DNA of 64,000 nt from a virus (taxonomy: Duplodnaviria; Caudoviricetes), in IMG/VR virus record IMGVR_UViG_3300020576_005251, positions 96,001 to 160,000 of that record, one strand, 5' to 3'. Positions 37,418 through 45,313 of this stretch are shown here, piece by piece. A program made the translations under genes and the position numbers. How positions within the stretch are numbered: the first letter of the stretch is position 1; every line of letters begins with the position of its first letter. The notes below the pieces were generated by a model that was not told the origin of the DNA, did not search any database, and saw only the letters and a program-made list of their open reading frames with translations.

Positions 37418-37736
37418 TGGTCTTCTCCAGTCGTTCGATCGTCTTGTCCACCAGCGTGAGGATCTCGGCTTTGGTGCGGCCGGGGGTGTCGTTGTACGCG
37501 GGCAGCGTCAGATCAAACCCTGTCCCCCGCAGCGTTTGCATCAGCGCGTCCTCCACGGTGTCCTTCAGCGACGAGTTCGCACTCCACAACGCCCCCATCA
37601 CGCAGAACGAACACGCCTCCGGGTCTTCACTGAACACCGGAATACCACACGAGGTCCGGGCCGCAGCCTCTTGCGTCCACCCCGCCGCGAGCTTCACCCG
37701 CATCGCCTTGAGCACCTTGACGATCTCTTCGTTCAT
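37404..37736 (-). CDS. family A (DUF6197-like) protein
   Basis: GWTQ..SFCVMGA..YNDTPGRT. Confidence 0.8.
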   Translation of the reverse strand: MNEEIVKVLKAMRVKLAAGWTQEAAARTSCGIPVFSEDPEACSFCVMGALWSANSSLKDTVEDALMQTLRGTGFDLTLPAYNDTPGRTKAEILTLVDKTIERLEKTNEQE

Positions 37737-38065
37737 GTCTCTCTCCCGGCGATCTCGATCGCCACGTCGTACAGCTTGAGCACGTCTTCCTTCAGTCGGT
37801 AGGGGGAGTCGTTGAAGGAGATGACCGACATCCCCGGCCACGCCCCAACCCCATCCAGGGCACGTTCGAGGATGCCCGTTGCTTCGGGCAGCTCCGCCCC
37901 ACCGGCTACGCGCCACAGCGCCCCCATCGCGCAGAAGGAACACGCCCTCCCCTCGGACCATCCGCACTTCAGCCCATCGGCGTCTCTCGCCGCCGACCCT
38001 TGCGTCCACCCCGCCTCGACCTTCGCCCGCGCCGCCTTGAGAAGCTCCACCGTCTTCTCACTCAT
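37733..38065 (-). CDS. family A (DUF6197-like) protein
   Basis: GWTQG..SFCAMGA..FND. Confidence 0.8.
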   Translation of the reverse strand: MSEKTVELLKAARAKVEAGWTQGSAARDADGLKCGWSEGRACSFCAMGALWRVAGGAELPEATGILERALDGVGAWPGMSVISFNDSPYRLKEDVLKLYDVAIEIAGRET

Positions 38066-38382
38066 GCACTCACCGCCTTGAGTATCTCATCGATCATCGT
38101 GAGCACCTCCTCCTGCGTGCGGCCGGGCGCGTCGTTCCAGAGATGAAGCCAGTCACCCCCCGTCCGCACCTTCACGAAACGCCCCACGAGCAAGTGCGTC
38201 TCAAGACACGCGTACGCGCGATTCAACGCGCCCGTCACACAGAACGAACATGCGTTCGGGCTCCCCTCGTCGACGGCGACCCCATTGGCATTCCTCGCGT
38301 ACGCGCGCTGCGTCCACCCCTTCTCCAGGAGCTTCCGCGCCTCCGTCAGATCACTGACGATCCTCTCATTCTCCGACGCCAC
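38062..38382 (-). CDS. family A (DUF6197-like) protein
   Basis: GWTQ..SFCVTGA..WNDAPGRT. Confidence 0.8.
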   Translation of the reverse strand: MASENERIVSDLTEARKLLEKGWTQRAYARNANGVAVDEGSPNACSFCVTGALNRAYACLETHLLVGRFVKVRTGGDWLHLWNDAPGRTQEEVLTMIDEILKAVSA

Positions 38383-38689
38383 GGATCGCCTCCTCCATCA
38401 GCTCCAGGACATCTTCCTTGGTGCGCCCAAACTTGTCGTTCCACTCGGGGATATGTCCGTTCTTCCCCCGATTGACCAGGGCGTCTTCGACACACTCCGC
38501 AAGCAGATCATCCGGCGTACTGAGTTCGATCTCAGCTTGTCGACACGCCCCCTGGATGCAGAACTTCACCGCCCGGGTATCCCCCACCGCCACCGGGTTG
38601 TTCTCCGCATCTCTCGCCCTGGTGAACTGCGTCCACCCACCTTCGAGCAGCGTCTTGGCTCGCTTGAGCCCTTCGATCACGTCTTTCAT
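38366..38689 (-). CDS. family A (DUF6197-like) protein
   Basis: GWTQ..FCIQGA..WNDKFGRT. Confidence 0.8.
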   Translation of the reverse strand: MKDVIEGLKRAKTLLEGGWTQFTRARDAENNPVAVGDTRAVKFCIQGACRQAEIELSTPDDLLAECVEDALVNRGKNGHIPEWNDKFGRTKEDVLELMEEAIRGVGE

Positions 38690-39060
38690 TCGTCGCCTCC
38701 CGCTTCCTTCTCGATGGCCTTGTCGATGATCGCCACCATCTCCTCGCGCGTGCGTCCCGGGGTGTCGTTGTACGTAGCAGGGGCCAGATGATCCGGAGAT
38801 ACCTCTTCCACAGCCTGCCGCAGTCGGATGGACGTACGGTGACGAACCGTTGATCGATCCATCTTGACACCATCTGGGTACGCATCCCACTCCGCCCGAA
38901 TCGTTGCCCCGAGCACACAGAACCGCTCCGCACGTGGATCCGTCGGGCTGTACTTGGTCTCAGGCGTCCCACCCTTCGCATACGCCCCCTGGCACCATCC
39001 CCGCTCGACCAGAATGGTCTTGGCACCAGTCAGAATACGCAGTACGCGTTCGTCACTCAT
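38686..39060 (-). CDS. family A (DUF6197-like) protein
   Basis: GWCQG..FCVLGA..YNDTPGRT. Confidence 0.8.
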   Translation of the reverse strand: MSDERVLRILTGAKTILVERGWCQGAYAKGGTPETKYSPTDPRAERFCVLGATIRAEWDAYPDGVKMDRSTVRHRTSIRLRQAVEEVSPDHLAPATYNDTPGRTREEMVAIIDKAIEKEAGGDE

Positions 39061-39394
39061 TGACCACCTCCTCCGCCGTCTTGATCGTCTCGTCCATCAG
39101 GGCGAGCACTTCCTCCTTGGTGCGTTCGGGGGCGTCGTTGTACCGGGCGATGTCTGCGTACCCACGTGCTTCCACACCACCTGCGACGAGTTCGTCGAGA
39201 AGAAACCACCCTACGCCCGACGGACTCGCCTCCCACTCCGCTCTCATGCACGCGCCCATCAGGCAGACCGAATACACCTTGTCGCAGTACACATCCACCA
39301 ACGCCCCCTCCTTGTCATGCGCCAGATCTCCCTTACACCACCCCTGCTCCAGCAGCTCTCGCGCCCGCTTGAGGCGCTTGACGACTTCACTCAT
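39053..39394 (-). CDS. family A (DUF6197-like) protein
   Basis: GWCKG..VCLMGA..YNDAPERT. Confidence 0.8.
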   Translation of the reverse strand: MSEVVKRLKRARELLEQGWCKGDLAHDKEGALVDVYCDKVYSVCLMGACMRAEWEASPSGVGWFLLDELVAGGVEARGYADIARYNDAPERTKEEVLALMDETIKTAEEVVNE

Positions 39395-39734
39395 CTCCCC
39401 CACCCACCTTCGCGATCGCCCTGTCGTAGAGCGCGACGATCTCCTCCTTGACGCGCCAGGGGGCGTCGTTGTACCCCGAGAGCGCCGACCCGTGTTCCTT
39501 GACTTCGTCGTACGCGCCCTGGAGCGCCAGCGCGGCGTCTACTCTCGCGTGGTACAGCGCATCTTGCCCCGCCCGATCCAGCGCCCCGTATGCGCAGAAC
39601 TGCCACGCATTCGCCTCAGTGCGCGACGCCACCACCCCCTCCCTCGTCCTCGCGTATGCCCCCTGACACCACCCCTGCTCGACGATGAGGCGCCGCGCCT
39701 CGACCAGGACGGCCTTCGCGTCACAGTGAATCAT
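39387..39734 (-). CDS. family A (DUF6197-like) protein
   Basis: GWCQG..FCAYGA..YNDAP. Confidence 0.8.
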   Translation of the reverse strand: MIHCDAKAVLVEARRLIVEQGWCQGAYARTREGVVASRTEANAWQFCAYGALDRAGQDALYHARVDAALALQGAYDEVKEHGSALSGYNDAPWRVKEEIVALYDRAIAKVGGGDE

Positions 39735-40053
39735 CTTTCACCCACCCCTTCGCTGCCTCGAACACCTCCAGGACTTCCGCTTTCGTCCGCCCCGGCGCGT
39801 CGTTGAATCCCACCACGTCCTGACCGGGCACCACGTACCGAAGCGCCTGCTTCGCCAGGGCCTCGGCCGCGATAGGCATGTCATTCCCCGCCCGCTCCAA
39901 CGCCCCGATGGCGCAGAACGCCACGGCATGCTCACTTGAGGGAGTCCGCCTCTCTCCGTGTTCGTCCCTTGCGTAGTACCCCTGGTGCCACCCCTTCTCG
40001 ATCAGCGCCTTGGCATCGTCGAGGATCCTCAGCGCATCACTCGCCTTGCTCAT
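39721..40053 (-). CDS. family A (DUF6197-like) protein
   Basis: GWHQG..FCAIGA..FNDAPGRT. Confidence 0.8.
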   Translation of the reverse strand: MSKASDALRILDDAKALIEKGWHQGYYARDEHGERRTPSSEHAVAFCAIGALERAGNDMPIAAEALAKQALRYVVPGQDVVGFNDAPGRTKAEVLEVFEAAKGWVKDDSL

Positions 40054-40360
40054 TGACCCACTCCTTCGCCTTGTCGATCAGCGCCAGGACCTCCTCCTTG
40101 GTACGTCCCGGCGCGTCGTTGTACTCGGCGGGCTCCCCCGCAGGCGCAGCTGCGATCAGCGCAGCGCGAATGAAGCTCTCATTCCGGCATCCAGCGGCGA
40201 GAAACGCCGCACCAAGCACGCAGAAGGACTTCGCCTCCTCGCTGTCAAGCCTCACGTTCTCTCCCGCTGCGTTCTTCGCGAAGTACCCCTGGGTCCATCC
40301 CTTCTCAACGAGGATCCTCTGGGCCTCGTCGAGGATCTTCAGTGCCTCAGCCTTGTTCAT
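40037..40360 (-). CDS. family A (DUF6197-like) protein
   Basis: GWTQG..FCVLGA..YNDAPGRT. Confidence 0.8.
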   Translation of the reverse strand: MNKAEALKILDEAQRILVEKGWTQGYFAKNAAGENVRLDSEEAKSFCVLGAAFLAAGCRNESFIRAALIAAAPAGEPAEYNDAPGRTKEEVLALIDKAKEWVNEQGE

Positions 40361-40667
40361 TGACCCACTCCTTCGCCTTGTCGATCAAGGCGAGCATGTC
40401 TTCCTTCGTACGTCCAGGTGCGTCGTTGTAGGCGGCAGCTGACCCTCCAGGGGCGACCGCGCTGAGGGCGTTGAGCGGGCCAGCCACAGGCTTCGTACCA
40501 GCAGCGCGGAACACAGCCCCCAGTACACAGAAGGCGCACGCGGACTCGTTCATGAAACTGACATGCTTTCTGCGTTTGTCTATCGCGAAGTACCCCTGAT
40601 GCCACCCCCTTTCGATGAGAGTCTTCTTGGTCTCATCGAGGATCTTCAGCACCTCAGCCTTGTTCAT
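40347..40667 (-). CDS. family A (DUF6197-like) protein
   Basis: GWHQG..FCVLGA..YNDAPGRT. Confidence 0.8.
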   Translation of the reverse strand: MNKAEVLKILDETKKTLIERGWHQGYFAIDKRRKHVSFMNESACAFCVLGAVFRAAGTKPVAGPLNALSAVAPGGSAAAYNDAPGRTKEDMLALIDKAKEWVNEQG

Positions 40668-40983
40668 TGACTCTCCCCTTCGCCTTGTCGATCAGCGCCA
40701 GGATCTCGTCCTTGGTCCGCTCCTCTGCGTCGTTGTAGATCGGGATATTGAACCCTGGAGTCGCCATCACCACCGCGTTGATGGCCTCGTCTCGCGCCCA
40801 GTCGCTGGCGTCCTCGGATGCCCGATAGATCGCCCCGACCGCGCAGAAGGAACACGCATCCCGGTCGTGGATCCCGACCAGTTCCCCCCGCCTGTCCTTC
40901 GCGTAGTACCCCTGTGTCCACCCCTTCTCAATGAGCACCTTCTTCGCTTCATCGAGAACTCGAATCACCTCAGACTTGTCCAT
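40654..40983 (-). CDS. family A (DUF6197-like) protein
   Basis: GWTQG..FCAVGA..YNDAEERT. Confidence 0.8.
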   Translation of the reverse strand: MDKSEVIRVLDEAKKVLIEKGWTQGYYAKDRRGELVGIHDRDACSFCAVGAIYRASEDASDWARDEAINAVVMATPGFNIPIYNDAEERTKDEILALIDKAKGRVNEQG

Positions 40984-41311
40984 TGACCACCAGATCTTTC
41001 GCCCTGTCGATCAGCGCGAGGATGTCTTCCTTCGTACGCCCCGCCTCATCGTTGTACGCCGCGATTCCCTTCGCAGTCGCCTTCGCCGTCCACAGCGCCA
41101 GCAGCGCCCGCAGTCGTCCGTTGCTGCTGTCCACGGACGACTCCTCGCACGTCCGCGCGAAGGCCCCCAGGAGGCAGAACGAACAGGCGCGAGGATCACC
41201 GGGGGGTACGAGCCCACCCTCCGCGCTGCGTGCGCGCGCCCCCTGCGTCCACCCCTTCTCGACCAGGAGCTTCTTGGTTCCATCCAGCAGTTGAATCACC
41301 TTCTCATTCAC
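40970..41311 (-). CDS. family A (DUF6197-like) protein
   Basis: GWTQG..FCLLGA..YNDEAGRT; GGAGG plus GTG start. Confidence 0.8.
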   Translation of the reverse strand: MNEKVIQLLDGTKKLLVEKGWTQGARARSAEGGLVPPGDPRACSFCLLGAFARTCEESSVDSSNGRLRALLALWTAKATAKGIAAYNDEAGRTKEDILALIDRAKDLVVNGQV

Positions 41312-41535
41312 GTCGGCACCTCCGGCATTCCCTGGGCCCCCAGGATCTTCAGCGCTGCCCACAGCGCGTTGGCGTTCTCTTGATGGATCTGAATCAACGC
41401 AGCCATGCACTCCTGGATGTCTTCTTCCCCCGGCCGCGTCTCCTTGAGCTCCTCCCGGTTCTTCGCGTAGCGTCTCGCCTGACCCCGCTCTTGGAAGAAC
41501 AGCCTCACCAGTACTTCCCGCTCCTCGTTCGTCAC
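41308..41535 (-). CDS. small helical protein
   Basis: Weakly similar to 41532-41780 (ARRY...H.xxANAL). Confidence 0.55.
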   Translation of the reverse strand: MTNEEREVLVRLFFQERGQARRYAKNREELKETRPGEEDIQECMAALIQIHQENANALWAALKILGAQGMPEVPT

Positions 41536-41780
41536 GACTTCACCTCATCCAGAGTCAGGGGTTCGGGCGGAAGGTCCCGTTCACCCAGGTAGAGCAGGAC
41601 CTCGCGCAGGGCGTTGGCGTCTCGACAGTGCATGTGCGCTAGTTCCTCCAGTATCGACTTGTCCTTGGCATTCCCCTCCGTGCGATGCGCCGTGTGCCAG
41701 TAGCGCCGCGCTTCCGAGCGCTTCTCCTCCGCGATGTTCTTCACGATCTTCAGCGTCGTCTCCGACGGCTTCTTCTTCAC
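41532..41780 (-). CDS. small helical protein
   Basis: EARRYW...HCRDANAL; GTGA overlap. Confidence 0.55.
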   Translation of the reverse strand: MKKKPSETTLKIVKNIAEEKRSEARRYWHTAHRTEGNAKDKSILEELAHMHCRDANALREVLLYLGERDLPPEPLTLDEVKS

Positions 41781-42217
41781 TGGTACACACGCCACGTCTT
41801 GATCTCCTCGTAGACCGGGAAGCTCCTCGTGTCCTTCCACATGCGCAGGATCGCATCGAGCCCACTCTCGGTGCACTTGGAGAGCTCGGTCAATACGCCG
41901 TATACCCGGGTGTACTTGGACTCGGGCGTCTCCTCTCCGGTGTCGTTCATCTGCACCAGCGCCGCCGCCCACGCCGTCGTCAGCCCCAGCCCCTCTCCCC
42001 AGCCCTTCGCCGTCTCGTGAGTCCAGACCAGCCCACGGCTCCCGATCATCACCGGGCTGAGGTGCAGGTGGATCAGGACCTCGCGCGGCATCACCGACCC
42101 GAAGAGGCACCCGCATGCCTTCTCCTCGCTCCACAGCTTGGACGCGATGAGCTTCTTGTTCGGGAGCGCATCGAGCATCTCCAGCAGCGCCTTGATCCCG
42201 TCACTGACCTTCTTCAT
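41777..42217 (-). CDS. family B protein
   Basis: NKKL..LW..CGCLFG..W.G..MND..KY. Confidence 0.8.
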   Translation of the reverse strand: MKKVSDGIKALLEMLDALPNKKLIASKLWSEEKACGCLFGSVMPREVLIHLHLSPVMIGSRGLVWTHETAKGWGEGLGLTTAWAAALVQMNDTGEETPESKYTRVYGVLTELSKCTESGLDAILRMWKDTRSFPVYEEIKTWRVYQ

Positions 42218-42551
42218 CGCTCTTCTCCTTGAGGTACTTCATCACGCGCGCATAGCGCTCTTCGGGGTCTTCGGTCATGCAGTTGTAGTCGTCGTTCACG
42301 GTCTGGATGTCCCAGACGAAGGTCGGGGTGAACCCCAGTGGTTCCAGATGTTTCGCCATCACGGGGATCGTCCAGCCGTAGTAGCCCGTGTACTCACGGA
42401 CGGCGCTCAGATGCGACTTTCGCACATCATCCGGCAAGATCATCCCGATGGCGCATCCGCACCCATCCTCCGCGCTCCACAGGTGTAGCCGGACCAGACG
42501 CTTGTCGTCGAGAGCCGCGAGGAGGTCGTGGAGCTTCTTGTAGGGATTCAT
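42201..42551 (-). CDS. family B protein
   Basis: MNPY..DKRL..LW..CGCAIG..VND..ERY. Confidence 0.8.
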   Translation of the reverse strand: MNPYKKLHDLLAALDDKRLVRLHLWSAEDGCGCAIGMILPDDVRKSHLSAVREYTGYYGWTIPVMAKHLEPLGFTPTFVWDIQTVNDDYNCMTEDPEERYARVMKYLKEKSDEEGQ

Positions 42552-42859
42552 TCGCTCTTCTCCTTGAGATACTTCATCACACGCGCGTAGCGCTCCCACC
42601 CTGTCACACCCTTGATTCGGTCGTTCATCTTCTCGACCTCGTACGCGATCTCCGGAGTGAACCCGAGCGGCGTGAGCGCCTCGTCGATCGAGTCGGTCCG
42701 CCAGATGATCATGGTGCCCTCCACGATGACCGTGCTCCGGTATTCCCGCAGCTCGGTCGGGAGAGGTACCCCCATCGCACAGTCACACAGTCGCCCCATC
42801 CCCAACCGCTTGTCGGTCAGCTGCTCCAGCCGAGCGTGCAGTTCCTTGTAGGGGTTCAT
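42548..42859 (-). CDS. family B protein
   Basis: MNPY..DKRL..CDCAMG..MND..ERY. Confidence 0.8.
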   Translation of the reverse strand: MNPYKELHARLEQLTDKRLGMGRLCDCAMGVPLPTELREYRSTVIVEGTMIIWRTDSIDEALTPLGFTPEIAYEVEKMNDRIKGVTGWERYARVMKYLKEKSE

Positions 42860-43278
42860 CCCATCACATCCATCTTGAAGTCCGAGGTCATGTTCTCCCG
42901 CCACTTCTCGATGAGCTCGCGCGTCGAGATCGCGGAGCGAATCGACCCCGTCACACGCGCGTATCGCTCCGCAGGCGTCTCGGCGATGTAGGGCGTCGAG
43001 AACACCTTCGTATCGAAGTCATTCACGTCGATCAGCCACAGGACGATCTCGAAGGTCAGTCCCTTCCTCTCCGCCCAGCTGGCCACGTGATCATTCGCCC
43101 ACCGCGTCCCACTCACGTCCTGGATCACCCAGGTGGTGTTGGGGTGCTGAGCGTCGTAGAGCGCGCCCATCACACACGGGCAGTTCTCGACACGCGAGAC
43201 GGCGGCGAAGCGGGCGAAGCGCTTGTTGGGGAGGGCTTCGAGGAAGGCGAGGATGGACTTGAGGGTGGTGCTGTTCAT
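42856..43278 (-). CDS. family B protein
   Basis: NKRF..CPCVMGA..W..GL..VND..ERY. Confidence 0.75.
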   Translation of the reverse strand: MNSTTLKSILAFLEALPNKRFARFAAVSRVENCPCVMGALYDAQHPNTTWVIQDVSGTRWANDHVASWAERKGLTFEIVLWLIDVNDFDTKVFSTPYIAETPAERYARVTGSIRSAISTRELIEKWRENMTSDFKMDVMG

Positions 43279-43532
43279 TGGGATGGCTCCTTGGGGAAAG
43301 CGGTGAGTCCGACACGAAGGCCGAAGAAGTGGAAAACCACGATGAAGTAGCCTGGGTTGCTTAGACAGTCGAAGCCGAAGAGCCAGCGACGGATAGTGAT
43401 CTCCGCACCCAGTTGGGTGTGGTAGTCGCGGTTCGCCCTGGCGAAGTCGAAGAACGCGCCCATCACCTTCCCGAGCGTGAGGTAGAAGGAGAGCGTGAGA
43501 TGTATAAAGACGGCGAGCGTGACGTAGTACAT
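43275..43532 (-). CDS. membrane protein
   Basis: Hydrophobic; GAGG RBS; directly after promoter motif. Confidence 0.55.
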   Translation of the reverse strand: MYYVTLAVFIHLTLSFYLTLGKVMGAFFDFARANRDYHTQLGAEITIRRWLFGFDCLSNPGYFIVVFHFFGLRVGLTAFPKEPSQ

Positions 43533-43545
43533 GGACACCTCAGTT

Positions 43546-43560
43546 CTTCTACCAGAAAAC
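43546..43560 (-). promoter_or_regulatory. phage promoter-like motif driving the paralog arrays
   Basis: TTTTCTGGTAGAAG on minus strand. Confidence 0.6.
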
Positions 43561-43574
43561 GATGTCGTTTGAGA

Positions 43575-43625
43575 GCCAAAGAAAGCGCGTACGGCGTATC
43601 GCAACAAGTGCGATACGCCGTACGG
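43575..43625 (-). terminator. terminator whose stem is two TACGSCGTA copies
   Basis: CGTACGGCGTATCGCA-loop-TGCGATACGCCGTACG then TTTCTTT on minus strand. Confidence 0.7.
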
Positions 43626-43630
43626 GAGGC

Positions 43631-43807
43631 TCAGATCATGCCCAGGAAGATCGGCCAGGACGGGTACCCGTGCTCACACACCCCGTCCGCTTCGATCGGT
43701 TCACAGCCGTCGGTCGCTCGGGCGTCGCACCCGCTGAACAGCATCCCCAGGAGCTCGCCCTCCGATGGCTGCTCTGTTGTAGGCTCAGGCCATTCGTTGT
43801 CAATCAT
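43631..43807 (-). CDS. 58-aa Cys/His metal-binding protein (not in ORF track)
   Basis: ATDGC..IEADGVCEHGYPSW. Confidence 0.6.
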   Translation of the reverse strand: MIDNEWPEPTTEQPSEGELLGMLFSGCDARATDGCEPIEADGVCEHGYPSWPIFLGMI

Positions 43808-43989
43808 CACTTCTCCTCTCCGAGGTACTCACGCAGGGTGGGGTACGTCTCCTGCACACACTTGCCGAGGTATGCCATGTTCACCTCGTACTCTTGAAAC
43901 GAGATCTCTCGATTGCGAAACTGCGCAGAGAGTTCGGAGAAGAGGGCACGCGCGGCTGCCGCGTCTTCGATAGCCTTAGGCCCCGTCAT
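43807..43989 (-). CDS. small hypothetical protein
   Basis: GGAGG RBS; coupled. Confidence 0.5.
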   Translation of the reverse strand: MTGPKAIEDAAAARALFSELSAQFRNREISFQEYEVNMAYLGKCVQETYPTLREYLGEEK

Positions 43990-44532
43990 TCATTCCTCCG
44001 CCACCCTCGCCAACGCCTTCACCATCCACGCGTTCCACCGCGCCTCCGGCGTCCCTTCCATGATCTCCCCGATCGCTTGTAGATCCACGAGATGCGCGTC
44101 GATCAGCCCGTACTTCTCCACCTCCTTGAGCACTCTCGTTTGCAGCTTCTTCGGCAGCTCTCCGAAGATCTGATCGTTCTCCGGTGCCCCCTCGCGCCTG
44201 CGTAGGCAGGGCGCGAGGGTCGCGAGGATGTCATAGACCGGAGGAAAGCCGCTCGTGTAATGGCACCGCCCCACTCGACGCTCACCTTCGGGTAGCTCCC
44301 CGAGCGCCGCCGCCACTCGCCCCCACGGAAGCTCCGGTTCGATCAACGGCCACACCCAGGGGAGCACCGAGCGCCCCCCAGGGATGATCGAGAGTTTCTC
44401 GTCAGTCGGGTAGTAACACGCACGAAGCGCATCCTCGCGATTGAGCCCCCAGCCTGGGCGCCAGGAACGGTTCTCGCGATGGTCGTTTCGTGTACCGGCT
44501 ACGCAGACGAAGCCGAATGAGACGGGGGTCAT
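43990..44532 (-). CDS. hypothetical protein
   Basis: ATGA-coupled. Confidence 0.55.
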   Translation of the reverse strand: MTPVSFGFVCVAGTRNDHRENRSWRPGWGLNREDALRACYYPTDEKLSIIPGGRSVLPWVWPLIEPELPWGRVAAALGELPEGERRVGRCHYTSGFPPVYDILATLAPCLRRREGAPENDQIFGELPKKLQTRVLKEVEKYGLIDAHLVDLQAIGEIMEGTPEARWNAWMVKALARVAEE

Positions 44533-45104
44533 ACTCTCAGAACTCCCTCCCCATCCACCCAGTAGTTGTCCGTCGATCCGTACGGCTTGCTCGCGGCGCT
44601 CAGCCTCTCTCCCACGTCCCCCAGCCCTCGATCCCAGAACCCGGCTCCGTGGCCGTTCCGGGTGAGATAGAAGTCGTGTCCCGCCGACTCGTCGCAGAAG
44701 TGATGATGCTCGTAGGCTTCTTCGAGATCCTCTTTGTTCGCCTCCTGGAAGTCGGCACACTCCTCCTTGATCTCGATGAGCGCCTCGGGGGAGATGGTCT
44801 CGCAGGCGTCTTCTTCCGCCGTGCCGTCTTCGTCGTACCTGCGCTCCAGCCACTTCACCGCGCCGATGTATCCACGCGTGAACGCATCGACATCGTCTTC
44901 GCTCACCCCCAACTCGATGGTCACCTCGGGGTGCTCCGCAGCCATCTGCTTGAACGCCGCGCGCTCGCTCTTCGCCCGGAACCGCTCGTCGATCTCCCCA
45001 TCTTCCGAGATGAACGACCAGAGCGCCTCACCGATGCCGTAGTACCTCCCCTGGGGGTCGTACCCGCCGTCGTCGAGGGGGATGTAGGTCAGATAGGCGA
45101 TCAC
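44529..45104 (-). CDS. acidic hypothetical protein
   Basis: AGHDFYLTRNGHGAGFWDRG motif. Confidence 0.65.
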   Translation of the reverse strand: MIAYLTYIPLDDGGYDPQGRYYGIGEALWSFISEDGEIDERFRAKSERAAFKQMAAEHPEVTIELGVSEDDVDAFTRGYIGAVKWLERRYDEDGTAEEDACETISPEALIEIKEECADFQEANKEDLEEAYEHHHFCDESAGHDFYLTRNGHGAGFWDRGLGDVGERLSAASKPYGSTDNYWVDGEGVLRV

Positions 45105-45313
45105 TTCGTCTCTCCCATCGCTGCCGTCATCGCCGCCTGCTCTTCGTCGGTGAGCCCTTCGACACGGATGTCGAACTGAAACTCTCGGTCGCCTGCCGCG
45201 ACCGTCGCGCTGAGCAGGGTGAGCGCTGACCAGAATGTGTCGACGGGGGTAGGCCCCCAGGGCGGGAGCTCGTCGACTTCGATCGTGGTGGTGAGTGTGA
45301 GTCGCTTAGCCAT
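45101..45313 (-). CDS. small hypothetical protein
   Basis: Coupled ORF. Confidence 0.5.
   Translation of the reverse strand: MAKRLTLTTTIEVDELPPWGPTPVDTFWSALTLLSATVAAGDREFQFDIRVEGLTDEEQAAMTAAMGETK

Noticed and set aside
37404-41311. Diversity-generating retroelement or integron as the source of the array
   Set aside because: No reverse transcriptase or integrase in the window, no TR/VR pair differing only at adenines, and the genes overlap, leaving no room for attC sites.
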